Of a stretch of 61,173 bases of DNA, positions 8,035-17,556 are shown in pieces. Source of the stretch: Candidatus Micrarchaeota archaeon (GTDB lineage Archaea; Micrarchaeota; Micrarchaeia; Anstonellales; Bilamarchaeaceae); the NCBI GenBank assembly GCA_016212505.1, contig JACRGB010000046.1, positions 1 through 61,173 on the forward strand, given 5' to 3'. Position 1 is the stretch's first letter; every line of letters begins with the position of its first letter. The notes below the pieces were generated by a model, which worked only from the letters and a program-made list of their open reading frames with translations, did not search any database and was not told where the DNA came from. Position numbers and translations under genes: made by a program.

Positions 8035-8196
8035 TTAGCTTCTCTTTACCGCATGAACTGTGATTTCCATAGAACAGCTATTATGCGCCTTGCAGAAATC
8101 CTCACATTTCTGCGCATATTCTTTTTCCTTGTAGCCAAATCCGCAGACAACACAGAGGTGAATGTCTTTTCCTTCATATTTTTCTTTGCTAACCAT
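8035..8196 (-). CDS. Small Cys/His-rich metal-binding protein (53 aa, missing from the ORF track)
   Basis: Own translation: MVSKEKYEGKDIHLCVVCGFGYKEKEYAQKCEDFCKAHNSCSMEITVHAVKRS. CxxC plus CxxxC..H..C; co-oriented at the end of the copper cluster. Confidence 0.8.
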   Translation of the reverse strand: MVSKEKYEGKDIHLCVVCGFGYKEKEYAQKCEDFCKAHNSCSMEITVHAVKRS

Positions 8197-8298
8197 AAGA
8201 GTAATCACCCTGAGTCAAATTTTCATTTTCGGCTTAAACCCTCTCGTTAGCAAACTATTCGTCACTACGCCAACCGAACTAAACGCAGTTCGGTAGTT

Positions 8299-9087
8299 TC
8301 ACCCAAACGCGCTTTGGCCAAGTGGGACAAAATACATCCGATCCATACTAGTGTTGGTTTCCTCAAGAATCCCGTTAACCACAAAATGCTTACCGAAGAG
8401 GTCTTTTATGGTGTCGCCAGTTGTACCAAAGACTTTTTGATCTTGTAACAGCTTCGCCTGCTTATAACCAAGAATGATCGGGTAATAGACATTTCCTCCA
8501 AGATCATGGGTTGAGTAGCCCTCAGTGCCCCCTTCAATAAAACTGAAACGGCCAAGGAAATTATCTGATTGTTCCAACCGGAAAAACAAGTTTGGTAGGC
8601 CGTCTTTGGACATCATCACATATGCACGATTAGATTCCCCGGAAACAGCATCAAATTGTTCAGAACCAAGGAATACCAACTCATCAGCAAGATCATTTCT
8701 TTTTTGAAGAACTCCCTCTATGGTGGTGTTTATGCCAAAATAATTTACAAGATGGTTCCCGACCTTGGAAAATTTAGCCTGTTTTTTGAGGTTCGCTGCA
8801 GCTTCACTGCCCAGAACAATAGAGTTTGATTCTGGGATTGGGTTTCCCTGGGAAGTTTTAAGCTCAGCCAACTTGTTTGATTTGGCACTGACAAAAATAT
8901 TTAACGAGCCGTCAGGGCCAGATACTGTTTTGAATTTGGCGCCATCAAAAAGCCCTCCGGCCTCCTTTTGGCCTATTGCCAAGTTTTTTGGGCCGAGAGC
9001 AAAATAAAGCCCAGAAAGCAGGAGCATAAAAATAACACTAAATGCAATCGCACCCTTATTTTCCGAAATAAATTCCTTAAGTCCCAT
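8299..9087 (-). CDS. Membrane-anchored hypothetical protein with two similar extracellular subdomains
   Basis: N-terminal TM. (I)VLG..A..L......GVL......D motif occurs twice, loosely MacB-periplasmic-like. Directly downstream of copA. Confidence 0.7.
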   Translation of the reverse strand: MGLKEFISENKGAIAFSVIFMLLLSGLYFALGPKNLAIGQKEAGGLFDGAKFKTVSGPDGSLNIFVSAKSNKLAELKTSQGNPIPESNSIVLGSEAAANLKKQAKFSKVGNHLVNYFGINTTIEGVLQKRNDLADELVFLGSEQFDAVSGESNRAYVMMSKDGLPNLFFRLEQSDNFLGRFSFIEGGTEGYSTHDLGGNVYYPIILGYKQAKLLQDQKVFGTTGDTIKDLFGKHFVVNGILEETNTSMDRMYFVPLGQSAFG

Positions 9088-9106
9088 AATAACACCTGCA
9101 ATTAGC

Positions 9107-11266
9107 CTACAATTTAGTCCACCTTAACGTCAGGGCACTCGCAACTACCGAAACGCTCGAAAGAGCCATAGCGCCACCTGCAATAATTGGTGAAAGCAAT
9201 ATCCCATAAGAAAGATAGAGAACACCTGCTGCAACCGGAATGCCAAGAATATTGTAAATAAGTGCCCAGAACATATTCTGTTTTATTTTGTTTATCGTGG
9301 CTTTGCCAAGGCGGATCGCACGCACAACATCCATCGGATCATTCCTCATCAGAACTACTGATCCGGTTTCCATTGCAACATCGGTTCCGCTGCCGATTGC
9401 TATGCCGATATCTGCCTGGGCCAGAGCAGGTGCATCGTTAATCCCGTCGCCAACCATGGCCACCTTTTTGCCTTCATCCTGCAGGCGTTTTACATATCCG
9501 GCCTTATCAGCCGGAAGGACTTCTGCAAATACTTTTTCCATGCCAGCAGTACGGGCAATAGCGAGTGCGGTTCGTTTGTTATCTCCTGTAATCAGCCAGC
9601 TTTCAATGCCCATTTTTTTGAGTGCGGCAATAGTTTCGATGCTGGTCGGCCGAAGGGTATCGGCAACCCCGAATATTGCAATTGGTTTATTATCTAAGCG
9701 CACAACCATGGCAGTTTTTCCTTCTTCCTGAAGTTTGATGATGCCAGAACTCAAAGCTCGCTCATCATCATTTCCTTTAGGTTTGCCAATATAGACCAGG
9801 TTCCGCCCTATTTTTCCCTCGACACCGTGGCCAGGGATTGCCTTAAAATCAGTCATCTTGAGGATTTCTGCACCATTATCTTTTGCATAGTCCACAATTG
9901 CATCGGCTAGTGGATGCTCAGATTTATTCTCAATCGTCAAGGCCAGGTCAAGTACTTTTTTACCCTCGGTTTTGCCAACTAGCAACAAGTCGGTAACCTT
10001 GGGTTTTCCTTCAGTTATTGTTCCGGTCTTATCAAATATCACTGCATTTATCTTGTGCATTGTTTCAAGCGCTTCGGCATTCTTGATCAGGATACCTTTT
10101 TGCGCGCCCATACCGGTCCCAACCATTATTGAAGTCGGTGTCGCCAGACCAAGAGCGCACGGGCAGGCGATTACCAATACTGAAACCGCTATCACCAGGG
10201 CAAAGGAGAATGACTGGCCCAAAACAAAGTACCATGCTGCAAAAGAAATAATTGCAATAAGGATTACGATGGGAACAAAAACCGCGCTGATAGCATCGGC
10301 AAAGCGCTGAATATTCGCCTTGCTGCCCTGGGCATCTTCTACGAGCTTGACAATTTGGGCCAATACGGTGTCGGATCCGACTTTTTCTGCCTTGAATCTA
10401 AATGATCCGTGCTTATTTATCGAGCCCCCAATAACTTTGGAACCCATATTCTTTTCTACAGGAATACTTTCTCCAGTTATCATGCTTTCGTCAACTGCAG
10501 AGCTTCCTTCTATTATAGTACCATCAACTGGTATTTTTTCTCCGGGTTTTACTACGATTATGTCTCCAACCACTACATTGGCAATTGGGATTTCTATTTC
10601 AGAACCATTTTTAATTACTATTGCAGTTTTCGGGGCTAAGCCCATGAGTTTTCTTATTGCATCGGAAGTCCGGCCTTTGGCCACTGCCTCAAGATATTTA
10701 CCTAATATGACTAAGGTTATCAAAACAGCCGCAACTTCGAAATATTGGTCAGATACAAAACCAAACATGGAAGCAATACTATAGAAATAGGCAGCACTTG
10801 TCCCAACTGCGATCAATGTATCCATGCTCGCAGTCTTATTCATAAGGGCACTCCATGCACCTAGGTAGAAGTTCTTGCCAGAAATGAACTGGACAGGAGT
10901 TGTGAGGATAAAGAGGATTAGCAACGAATAGGGGATTTCCATGAAGAATGTGCCGAGTATAAATGCTGGAACAGAAAGTATTGCACTAAAGATGAGGATA
11001 AATTTAAGATCGGATATTTCCTTTTCGCGGATCTGTTTTTCGCGCTCCCGATCTACACCAACGGTGGCACCATAACCTTTGGACTTGATAACTTCAACAA
11101 GCCGATTTTCATCTATCGCAGTTTCATCAAATTCCACTAGCGCCTTGGCTGCCGCATAGTTAACATTGGCCATTTTTACTCCGGCAGTTTTTTGTAATGC
11201 CCGGCTAATTAGTACCGAGCAAGAAGCGCAATGCATTCCACTTATAGACAATTCTATTCGTTTCAT
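9107..11266 (-). CDS. copA: Copper-translocating P1B-type ATPase
   Basis: HMA GMHCASC, TGES, CPCALGLATP, DKTGT, HPL, GDGINDAPAL, YN and MALSS. Start set to ATG 11266 (ATGA overlap with the upstream gene). Confidence 0.96.
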   Translation of the reverse strand: MKRIELSISGMHCASCSVLISRALQKTAGVKMANVNYAAAKALVEFDETAIDENRLVEVIKSKGYGATVGVDREREKQIREKEISDLKFILIFSAILSVPAFILGTFFMEIPYSLLILFILTTPVQFISGKNFYLGAWSALMNKTASMDTLIAVGTSAAYFYSIASMFGFVSDQYFEVAAVLITLVILGKYLEAVAKGRTSDAIRKLMGLAPKTAIVIKNGSEIEIPIANVVVGDIIVVKPGEKIPVDGTIIEGSSAVDESMITGESIPVEKNMGSKVIGGSINKHGSFRFKAEKVGSDTVLAQIVKLVEDAQGSKANIQRFADAISAVFVPIVILIAIISFAAWYFVLGQSFSFALVIAVSVLVIACPCALGLATPTSIMVGTGMGAQKGILIKNAEALETMHKINAVIFDKTGTITEGKPKVTDLLLVGKTEGKKVLDLALTIENKSEHPLADAIVDYAKDNGAEILKMTDFKAIPGHGVEGKIGRNLVYIGKPKGNDDERALSSGIIKLQEEGKTAMVVRLDNKPIAIFGVADTLRPTSIETIAALKKMGIESWLITGDNKRTALAIARTAGMEKVFAEVLPADKAGYVKRLQDEGKKVAMVGDGINDAPALAQADIGIAIGSGTDVAMETGSVVLMRNDPMDVVRAIRLGKATINKIKQNMFWALIYNILGIPVAAGVLYLSYGILLSPIIAGGAMALSSVSVVASALTLRWTKL

Positions 11267-11688
11267 AGTGAACCCTCCGACCGGCCAGACCCTGCTGCCC
11301 CTGCGCAATATCTGCAGCAGAAGGGGGCTTTCCTCCCTTTAACTGAAGCATAATAGGCGTCCCCATATACCTTACAGGAACAATGGGCGCACGAAGTAAC
11401 CTTTGAAGCTATCATAGCATCGATTATTTTAGATAAGTTTTCAAGGATTTTTTTTGTGAACTTTTTGCCTTCGCCAGTTAGCACATATTTTTTCATTTCG
11501 CGCTTTCCAGTACGTCCAACCTCAACATATCCCTGGTCCATAAGGTCCTTCAAAAATGGGTAAACGTCTGCAGCGCTTGGTTTTTTCCCGATTGCCCCCT
11601 CCAATTCCTTTATGATCTCATAGCCGTGGCGCGGGGATTTTGATAGCAGCATCAGCGCATACAATCGTGAGAAACTTGTGATTTTCAT
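11263..11688 (-). CDS. PadR-family regulator with C-terminal TRASH-like metal-binding domain
   Basis: PRHGYEIIKELE...VYPFLKDL..GYV...KYVLTGEG (PadR) plus CAHC...CCRYC. Confidence 0.88.
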   Translation of the reverse strand: MKITSFSRLYALMLLSKSPRHGYEIIKELEGAIGKKPSAADVYPFLKDLMDQGYVEVGRTGKREMKKYVLTGEGKKFTKKILENLSKIIDAMIASKVTSCAHCSCKVYGDAYYASVKGRKAPFCCRYCAGAAGSGRSEGSL

Positions 11689-11748
11689 TTTATTTTTTCA
11701 CCCTGATCTTAACATAATTATTTAGTTATTGAACCGTATCGTTTTTAA

Positions 11749-11772
11749 ATATATCGGATTTCGATATATCGA
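11749..11772. promoter_or_regulatory. Candidate operator upstream of the PadR-copA unit
   Basis: ATATATCG-gattt-CGATATAT (11749-11769) overlapping the perfect palindrome TCGATATATCGA (11761-11772), beside TTTAAATA. Confidence 0.5.
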
Positions 11773-11860
11773 TTTAAGATAATGAAAAATGAAAAACAAA
11801 AATGAAACTGAAAATGAAAAAAACAAGGTAGAGTTCAGGACCTGGATCTAGGCATGGAAC

Positions 11861-12778
11861 CTAGCCATAGATAATTGGCCCTTTTGGAGCGTAGAGCATT
11901 ATGAGTAGAAGGGCGGTCAGGATATACCCGCCAAGCAGGGTGAAACGTCCAAAATCGATGTTGAGTTCAGCTTTTGAAGCAGAACCTGCTTCACGGAACA
12001 TCATATAACTTAGGCCAAAAAGCACAAGACCACATGCACCGAAGAAGAGGTAGAGAAAAGCGATTAGATTATCATTTACAAGCATCACTGAAGTCATTGC
12101 GCCCATAAGTCCGGACATTAGACCTGCCATAGCTCCTTCCATAGCGCCCATTATGCCGCACCATTTTCCCAAATGAAGGCCAATACCAATTCCGGCGCTA
12201 ATGCCTACTACCGAACCGATAAACATGCCATTGGTAGCGCCTATTAGGGCGCCAACCATAAAACCAAATAGCATACCTATAGTCATGCCCATCATCATGC
12301 CAAGATTACATGAAAGGTCTTTTCGATAGCAACGTAAATGGTAATAAGAAAAAACCGTTCCAACAGATAGCGGGATAATAAGGGTCAAAATTGGAATAAG
12401 TGCTGGGTTTATGTTATTAAATAAGAAAAGATATCCCAATGTTAATGCAATAATAAGGACAGCTGCAGAGCCGATTGCGTAGTTGAACAATTTCGATTCC
12501 ACTTGTACGTGCTCCTGGCCTGCGATTATTGAAAAAAGATAGGATTTGACACGCTCGGGGTTGCCCCGATCCTGAACAGAACCTTTTTCATAAAAGCCTT
12601 TATTTGCTAATTCAGTTTTTAGCTGGGCCAAAACTTGTTCATCAACATCTAGGACAACATAACCTTTCTGCGCATCTATTTCCTTTACTACTGCACCATT
12701 TGATTGCGCAACTCTTGAGATGATTTTTTCGCAGGAATTGCAGCTCATCCCATTTAGCTCTAACTTAGTCTCGCTCAA
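11861..12778 (-). CDS. HMA-domain multi-pass membrane protein with Met/Gly-rich helices
   Basis: N-terminal GMSCNSC; TM helices with CNLGMMMGMTIGM and CGIMGAMEGAMAGLMSGLMGAM. Confidence 0.85.
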   Translation of the reverse strand: MSETKLELNGMSCNSCEKIISRVAQSNGAVVKEIDAQKGYVVLDVDEQVLAQLKTELANKGFYEKGSVQDRGNPERVKSYLFSIIAGQEHVQVESKLFNYAIGSAAVLIIALTLGYLFLFNNINPALIPILTLIIPLSVGTVFSYYHLRCYRKDLSCNLGMMMGMTIGMLFGFMVGALIGATNGMFIGSVVGISAGIGIGLHLGKWCGIMGAMEGAMAGLMSGLMGAMTSVMLVNDNLIAFLYLFFGACGLVLFGLSYMMFREAGSASKAELNIDFGRFTLLGGYILTALLLIMLYAPKGPIIYG

Positions 12779-12978
12779 GATATCACCTTATAGCCCTCTT
12801 TTTCAATTGCTTTTTTGGCTAGACCTACTACGGACTCATCATTGCAAATCAATTGCACCTGGCCAGTTTTACTATCTGCAGATACTTTTTGCACTCCTGG
12901 AATTTCGCTTATTGAATCAGATAAAAGCATTTCACAGGATTTGCAGTGCATCCCGCTAACTTTGATTATTTTTTCCAT
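12775..12978 (-). CDS. copZ: Copper chaperone (HMA domain)
   Basis: GMHCKSC in a ~67-aa ferredoxin-like fold; GAGGTGA RBS before ATG 12978. Confidence 0.9.
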   Translation of the reverse strand: MEKIIKVSGMHCKSCEMLLSDSISEIPGVQKVSADSKTGQVQLICNDESVVGLAKKAIEKEGYKVIS

Positions 12979-12983
12979 AATTT

Positions 12984-13355
12984 TCACCTCATCATTCTTT
13001 CCATCATCTTTCGCATATCCACGTGATTTTCTGTTACTTCGAACAGTTCGTCAGCTTCAAGAAGATTGTCCTTCATCATTTTTTCCATAGCCTCATTTAT
13101 GCTTGCAGAGGAATTGTAGGCTTTATCAATTTTTTCAAAATCTTCCCTGGTGGTCAGATTGTTTCTCATCATCGAGACGGCCATCATACGCATCATTCCG
13201 GAGTCGATCAGATTCATATCACTGTTGGATTGCATCAGTGCATAGTTTGCCCTGCTCAACGAGCTTATGGCAGTATAGTTAAGCCAAAGCATTGCAATTA
13301 TTACTACCATCCCGAAAGTTGTCACAACCAAAAACCATTCCGGTATTTTTTCCAT
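12984..13355 (-). CDS. Met-rich membrane-anchored hypothetical protein
   Basis: N-terminal TM; GMMRMMAVSMM and MRKMMERMM; lies within the copper cluster. Confidence 0.75.
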   Translation of the reverse strand: MEKIPEWFLVVTTFGMVVIIAMLWLNYTAISSLSRANYALMQSNSDMNLIDSGMMRMMAVSMMRNNLTTREDFEKIDKAYNSSASINEAMEKMMKDNLLEADELFEVTENHVDMRKMMERMMR

Positions 13356-13625
13356 TCAATCACCTTTTTTATCAGTTTTATTATCCCATTCGGATAATTT
13401 CGAAAATATTGAGCCAATAACAAATCCTATGGCTGCCCATAAGAGCAGGCCTATAACAAAATTTATAGGATCAAATGGCCTTATTGCAAATTGCCAGGTG
13501 CTATGAGTTAGATAGCTCAAAAGAGTGTGGGCCATCCCTGGCACAGCATAAACAACAATGCCACAAACTAAAGAAATACCAGCAAAAAGAATTGCCAGAT
13601 TACGTCCTAAATTCTTATCACACAT
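13356..13625 (-). CDS. Small two-TM membrane protein
   Basis: 89 aa with two hydrophobic helices; abuts both neighbours with no gap. Confidence 0.75.
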   Translation of the reverse strand: MCDKNLGRNLAILFAGISLVCGIVVYAVPGMAHTLLSYLTHSTWQFAIRPFDPINFVIGLLLWAAIGFVIGSIFSKLSEWDNKTDKKGD

Positions 13626-14084
13626 TTATTTCACCTCACAGCGGCCTGAGGCCGATTTTAATGAATAATTTAAGGAAATAACGAGCAAACCAATGCTAAG
13701 TACTGCAAGATAATTGCTAAGTTCAACAAGAAATGCAGTTGCTGAGCCAAATCCAAGCCAAACCAACCATATTGGCTGGCACACCGGGCAGGTAGTCGTA
13801 AATAGTGCACCAACTGTTCCAAGTACAGTGGTTTTCTTTGAAGAAGCTGCCGCACGCTCGTAATTATGAAAAATCACTGAACCGTTAATTGCAATTAGCA
13901 GAGAAATAATGCCCATAAGTAAAATCTTAAGCGGATCTGCTATCGGATTAAGTACAAATTGCGGAAGGACTGTTATATCAGAAGTTATTGCCAAAATCGG
14001 GAGGAAAAAAAGCAATAGCAGTAAGAATGCAACCCGGTAACGAGTTTGCGCAAAAATACTGCTCAAGATATTAAACTGGTTCAA
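13626..14084 (-). CDS. Membrane protein with intramembrane CPVC motif (MerT/MerC-like metal transport or redox)
   Basis: LFTTTCPVCQP between TM helices. Probable TTG start at 14084 overlapping the upstream stop (TTGA). Confidence 0.75.
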   Translation of the reverse strand: MNQFNILSSIFAQTRYRVAFLLLLLFFLPILAITSDITVLPQFVLNPIADPLKILLMGIISLLIAINGSVIFHNYERAAASSKKTTVLGTVGALFTTTCPVCQPIWLVWLGFGSATAFLVELSNYLAVLSIGLLVISLNYSLKSASGRCEVK

Positions 14085-14527
14085 GAGGATACCACCATTT
14101 TTCCCCGGAACATATTCATGCTGCAATGGAACGCATAGGTTCCTTCCTTAGCAGGAGTAAACTCTGCAATTTGCTCTTCACCATTCCGTGAAAGGAGCTT
14201 AACATTAAATCCATCAAGTACAAGGTAGCTTCCACAACCAGCATCTTTTGCTGAAAAATGAAGCCTTACAGGGATTCCTTTTTTCACAGTGAGCTCAGGC
14301 TTGTCATAACCCGAAGGAGTTGCCTGTAAATATACTTCCTGAATATTGTTTTGGCCAGCAACCGAAGGTTGCGATGGAGATGGACCCGAAGGGGCAGCTG
14401 GTCCGGAAAAAGTACCGGAGTCATTTGATTTTGCGCCTAAAAAAACGAATCCGCCTACAATGCCTGCAACAACAAGCAGTCCAAAAACCAACAGAGTTGT
14501 TTTCGATATAGTTATTTCACTCATCAT
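14081..14527 (-). CDS. Membrane-anchored cupredoxin-domain protein (CupA-like)
   Basis: N-terminal TM, Pro/Ser linker, KKGIPVRLHF, GCG, EFTPAKEGTYAFHCSMNMFRG. Confidence 0.88.
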   Translation of the reverse strand: MMSEITISKTTLLVFGLLVVAGIVGGFVFLGAKSNDSGTFSGPAAPSGPSPSQPSVAGQNNIQEVYLQATPSGYDKPELTVKKGIPVRLHFSAKDAGCGSYLVLDGFNVKLLSRNGEEQIAEFTPAKEGTYAFHCSMNMFRGKMVVSS

Positions 14528-14569
14528 TTCACCTTATTTAAGATTTGGACTTTGATAAGCCCTTTTACT

Positions 14570-14615
14570 ATTGTTTCATTTAGCTGAAACAATATATATT
14601 AAATAATGAAACAAT
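14570..14615. promoter_or_regulatory. Inverted-repeat operator candidate in the divergent promoter
   Basis: ATTGTTTCATT (14570-14580) and AATGAAACAAT (14605-14615) are a perfect 11-bp inverted repeat flanking TATATATTAAATA. An extra TGAAACAA half-site is at 14585-14592. Confidence 0.55.
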
Positions 14616-14628
14616 CATTTTCAAACTC

Positions 14629-15114
14629 ATGGACATCAGAAAGCAGGCACTAGTTGGAATGACAATTGTCTCAGTATTTGTTTTTTTGGTTACTGTTTTG
14701 GTGGTTGTTTTCTCCCTTTATTCACAGGGGCAAGAAGTACCGGATTTACTAAAACCCTTCCTGGCATATCATGTCCAATTCATGATAGTAATGGGTCTTT
14801 TCGGGGTCGGATCGGGTTTAGCACTTTATACCATACTTAATTCAACACTCGAAAAACAGAAACAAATAGTAAAAACCAACAGCCAGATAATTATGAAATT
14901 CCTTGCAAAAGATGAGCGGGAAGTGGTCTCACTCCTCTTATCAAAAGATGGACGAACTACTCAAAGCGAAATTGCAAGCTTACCAAATATGAGCAGGTTG
15001 AAGGCTCATCGAATAGTTAAAAAACTTGAAGGCCAGGGAATAGTGCATGTTGAAAAATACGGGAAAATCAACATGATAAGGATAATTGATGAGTTGATGG
15101 AACTTGAAAACTAA
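14629..15114 (+). CDS. Membrane-anchored wHTH regulator
   Basis: Two N-terminal TMs with YHVQF, then TTQSEIASLPNMSRLKAHRIVKKLEGQGIVHVEKYGK. Divergent from the copper cluster. Confidence 0.82.
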   Translation: MDIRKQALVGMTIVSVFVFLVTVLVVVFSLYSQGQEVPDLLKPFLAYHVQFMIVMGLFGVGSGLALYTILNSTLEKQKQIVKTNSQIIMKFLAKDEREVVSLLLSKDGRTTQSEIASLPNMSRLKAHRIVKKLEGQGIVHVEKYGKINMIRIIDELMELEN

Positions 15115-15460
15115 AACTGATAAAAGTAATAAATATAAGATTAAGGAATTTGAACGCAGAGTTTACGCAGCATGCGCTAAAATCCCAAAAGGCAAAGTTT
15201 CCACTTATTCTGCAATCGCCCGCGCAATTGGAAAACCTGGATCGGCAAGGGCAGTTGGAAATGCATTAAACAAAAACCCACACTCATTCAATCTCAAAAC
15301 CCAAGACGCAAAACACAAGACACTTGTTCCTTGCCATCGGGTGGTTCGGTCGGATGGTTCGGTTGGCGGATATGCGCATGGAACTAAAGCAAAGATTGCG
15401 ATACTAAAAAAAGAAGGAGTGAAAATAGTGGCTGGGCGAGTAAGGTTAAAGAAAAATTAA
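15104..15460 (+). CDS. ogt: Methylated-DNA--protein-cysteine methyltransferase
   Basis: IPKGKVSTY, ARAVGNALNKNP, active-site PCHRVV. Confidence 0.93.
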   Translation: MKTKTDKSNKYKIKEFERRVYAACAKIPKGKVSTYSAIARAIGKPGSARAVGNALNKNPHSFNLKTQDAKHKTLVPCHRVVRSDGSVGGYAHGTKAKIAILKKEGVKIVAGRVRLKKN

Positions 15461-15463
15461 TAT

Positions 15464-16210
15464 TCATTTAATAGCTGATAAATCAACTTCAATGCCTTCG
15501 TGAGCCATTGAAAGGGCTAGAGTGTATTCTGCGCTATCTTTGGTAGTCTTAACAGTTACTTTTCTTCCCTCTAAGATAACGCATCCGTTGAAACCTTCCA
15601 CTGTAACTGAGATATCTTTGAATGGAATATTACAACTTCCAATAGAGCCTGCCAAAAGATCAGGGGATACTTCTGCACGTAGAGCAGCACCTACCTGCAG
15701 AACTTTTTTACCAAAGCCGGCTCTGAGATCTCTTGTGCTATTGTAAACCATATTCCTAAAATAATCAGTATGAAGATCGGGCAGAAAATCGCCAAAAAAT
15801 CTATCAAAATCCGAACCAATAGTGCGCCTAAACTCATCATCAGAAAAATGTTCTTTAGCTAGGACTTCTAACCTATCAAGAGACTCATTCGGAAGATAAG
15901 CAGCAAAAAGATGGAAACGAGATGAACCTGCCTCCATTATTATGATCGGATCCACATCAGTAGAATGTTGCCTAGGATAGCGTTTTTCATCAACAACAGT
16001 ATGGTCAAGATCTGCCGCTATCATCGCTTGAAGAAAGCCAATTCCACTTGCTCTTGCAAGAAAAGTACGAGCTGGATGGTTAGTTGGAGTAACTTTATTC
16101 ACCATTGCCCTTGCAAATCTCATATCCGCCCTACAATAAAGATATTTCATAATTTCCACCCAAACAGGATTTATGACCAAAACATTAATAACAAAACCTA
16201 ATTCGGCCAA
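15464..16210 (-). CDS. Hypothetical protein (ORFan)
   Basis: 248-aa ORF downstream of cdc6; start uncertain. Confidence 0.6.
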   Translation of the reverse strand: MAELGFVINVLVINPVWVEIMKYLYCRADMRFARAMVNKVTPTNHPARTFLARASGIGFLQAMIAADLDHTVVDEKRYPRQHSTDVDPIIIMEAGSSRFHLFAAYLPNESLDRLEVLAKEHFSDDEFRRTIGSDFDRFFGDFLPDLHTDYFRNMVYNSTRDLRAGFGKKVLQVGAALRAEVSPDLLAGSIGSCNIPFKDISVTVEGFNGCVILEGRKVTVKTTKDSAEYTLALSMAHEGIEVDLSAIK

Positions 16211-17439
16211 AGCAATTTATGCAAAATATCCTTTATCGACTTCGGGTCGCTACACATTTTTATCAAAGTGGTATGCCCGCGGATTCCTTTGCTGCTCGGG
16301 ATGGTACTAATAAGCCCAAGAACTTCCAGGTCATTAAGATATTCACGATACCAGCGTGTGCTCCTGGCCCTTTTCCCAAGCTTCTTGCAGGCACGTTCAT
16401 AATCTTCATAAACTTCCCCGGAAAATAGCAGTGCCCCTTCATCGCCACTATCCTTTTCCCGCTCCAACCGGGTGTATTTGCTTCCTGAAAGCGAAAGTGA
16501 AGCGATTGAATAGAGGACAATCTGGTGCATTTGCGGCAATGTGTTTATGGTTTCGGCAGTAAGGTCGAACTCAACTTTCTTTCGCGCGGCCTCAACTTCA
16601 GAATCGGAAATTTTCGTCTTATTTTCATGTTCTGCAAGTTCACCGGCCCGGTGCAAAAGCTTGAGGGCATAACGGGCATCGCCGGTTTCTTGGGACGTTA
16701 TCGCCGCGGCAAGGTTTATTGCGGAGGGGTCGACAACATTATCGACAAAACCTTCTTTCACGCGCTCGGAAAGTATCTTCTGAAGCTGCTCGGCAGAATA
16801 TGGTGGGAAAACCATTTCGGTCTCATATAAGCTGCTTCGGCTCCGCGGATCGAGCGCATCCTTAAACGAAAGCTTATTTGAAATGCCAATTATGCTAACC
16901 CCGCCATTTTGTATCTCATCGTTCGACCTGGTCAGGGTATAAACCAGTTCATCAAGGTCTTTTACCATATCAACTTCATCAAGGACAAGCACGATCTGCT
17001 GGCCACCAGAAGCGATTTCTATGAGTTTTTCATATAAGTAAGGGAGGCCAAACCCGGATTTTTCAAGCTCTGGAACGTAATTTTTCATTATTTTCTGTAA
17101 AATGCGGTAGCGTGAATTGTATATCCTGCAGTTGACATAATGCATGCTGCCATTTTTAGCAGCTTTGATAAATTCCTCCATAACATGCTTTACCGTACAG
17201 GTTTTTCCAGTCCCGGTTTTGCCGTAAATTATCAGGTTGCGGGGTTTCTGGCCACGAAGTGCAGAAGAAAGGATGGTCATTATTTCAGTTATCTGATGCT
17301 CGCGAAAGGGAAGGTCTTTTGGCACATAATGTGGAGATAGGACTGAGGCGTTGAGAAAGATAGATTTCTTTAGCATAACCTGATCAAAAGACGTCATAAA
17401 CTGCCCCTGAATTATTTTTAAATGATCTCTAAATGCCAT
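16198..17439 (-). CDS. cdc6: Orc1/Cdc6 replication initiator
   Basis: YVPKDLPFRE, Walker A GKTGTGKT, Walker B VLDEVD, sensor DARYAL, C-terminal wHTH. Confidence 0.96.
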   Translation of the reverse strand: MAFRDHLKIIQGQFMTSFDQVMLKKSIFLNASVLSPHYVPKDLPFREHQITEIMTILSSALRGQKPRNLIIYGKTGTGKTCTVKHVMEEFIKAAKNGSMHYVNCRIYNSRYRILQKIMKNYVPELEKSGFGLPYLYEKLIEIASGGQQIVLVLDEVDMVKDLDELVYTLTRSNDEIQNGGVSIIGISNKLSFKDALDPRSRSSLYETEMVFPPYSAEQLQKILSERVKEGFVDNVVDPSAINLAAAITSQETGDARYALKLLHRAGELAEHENKTKISDSEVEAARKKVEFDLTAETINTLPQMHQIVLYSIASLSLSGSKYTRLEREKDSGDEGALLFSGEVYEDYERACKKLGKRARSTRWYREYLNDLEVLGLISTIPSSKGIRGHTTLIKMCSDPKSIKDILHKLLWPN

Positions 17440-17556
17440 CTAAAATGGCAGACTATCTTCAAAGTAATATCTTATATTTATGAGGGATACTCAAGGGTTT
17501 TTAATACCTTTCTTCATCAGTATTGACAGATTCTTTTAATATTAAGAGGTGTTAGA

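Noticed and set aside
9288-10784. Long antisense ORFs over copA (and similar ones over proA, DP1, ths, aCPSF1)
   Set aside because: They are shadow ORFs opposite well-supported conserved genes.
17440-17556. Replication origin next to cdc6
   Set aside because: The gap is short and AT-rich, with no ORB-like inverted repeat plus G-string recognisable by eye.
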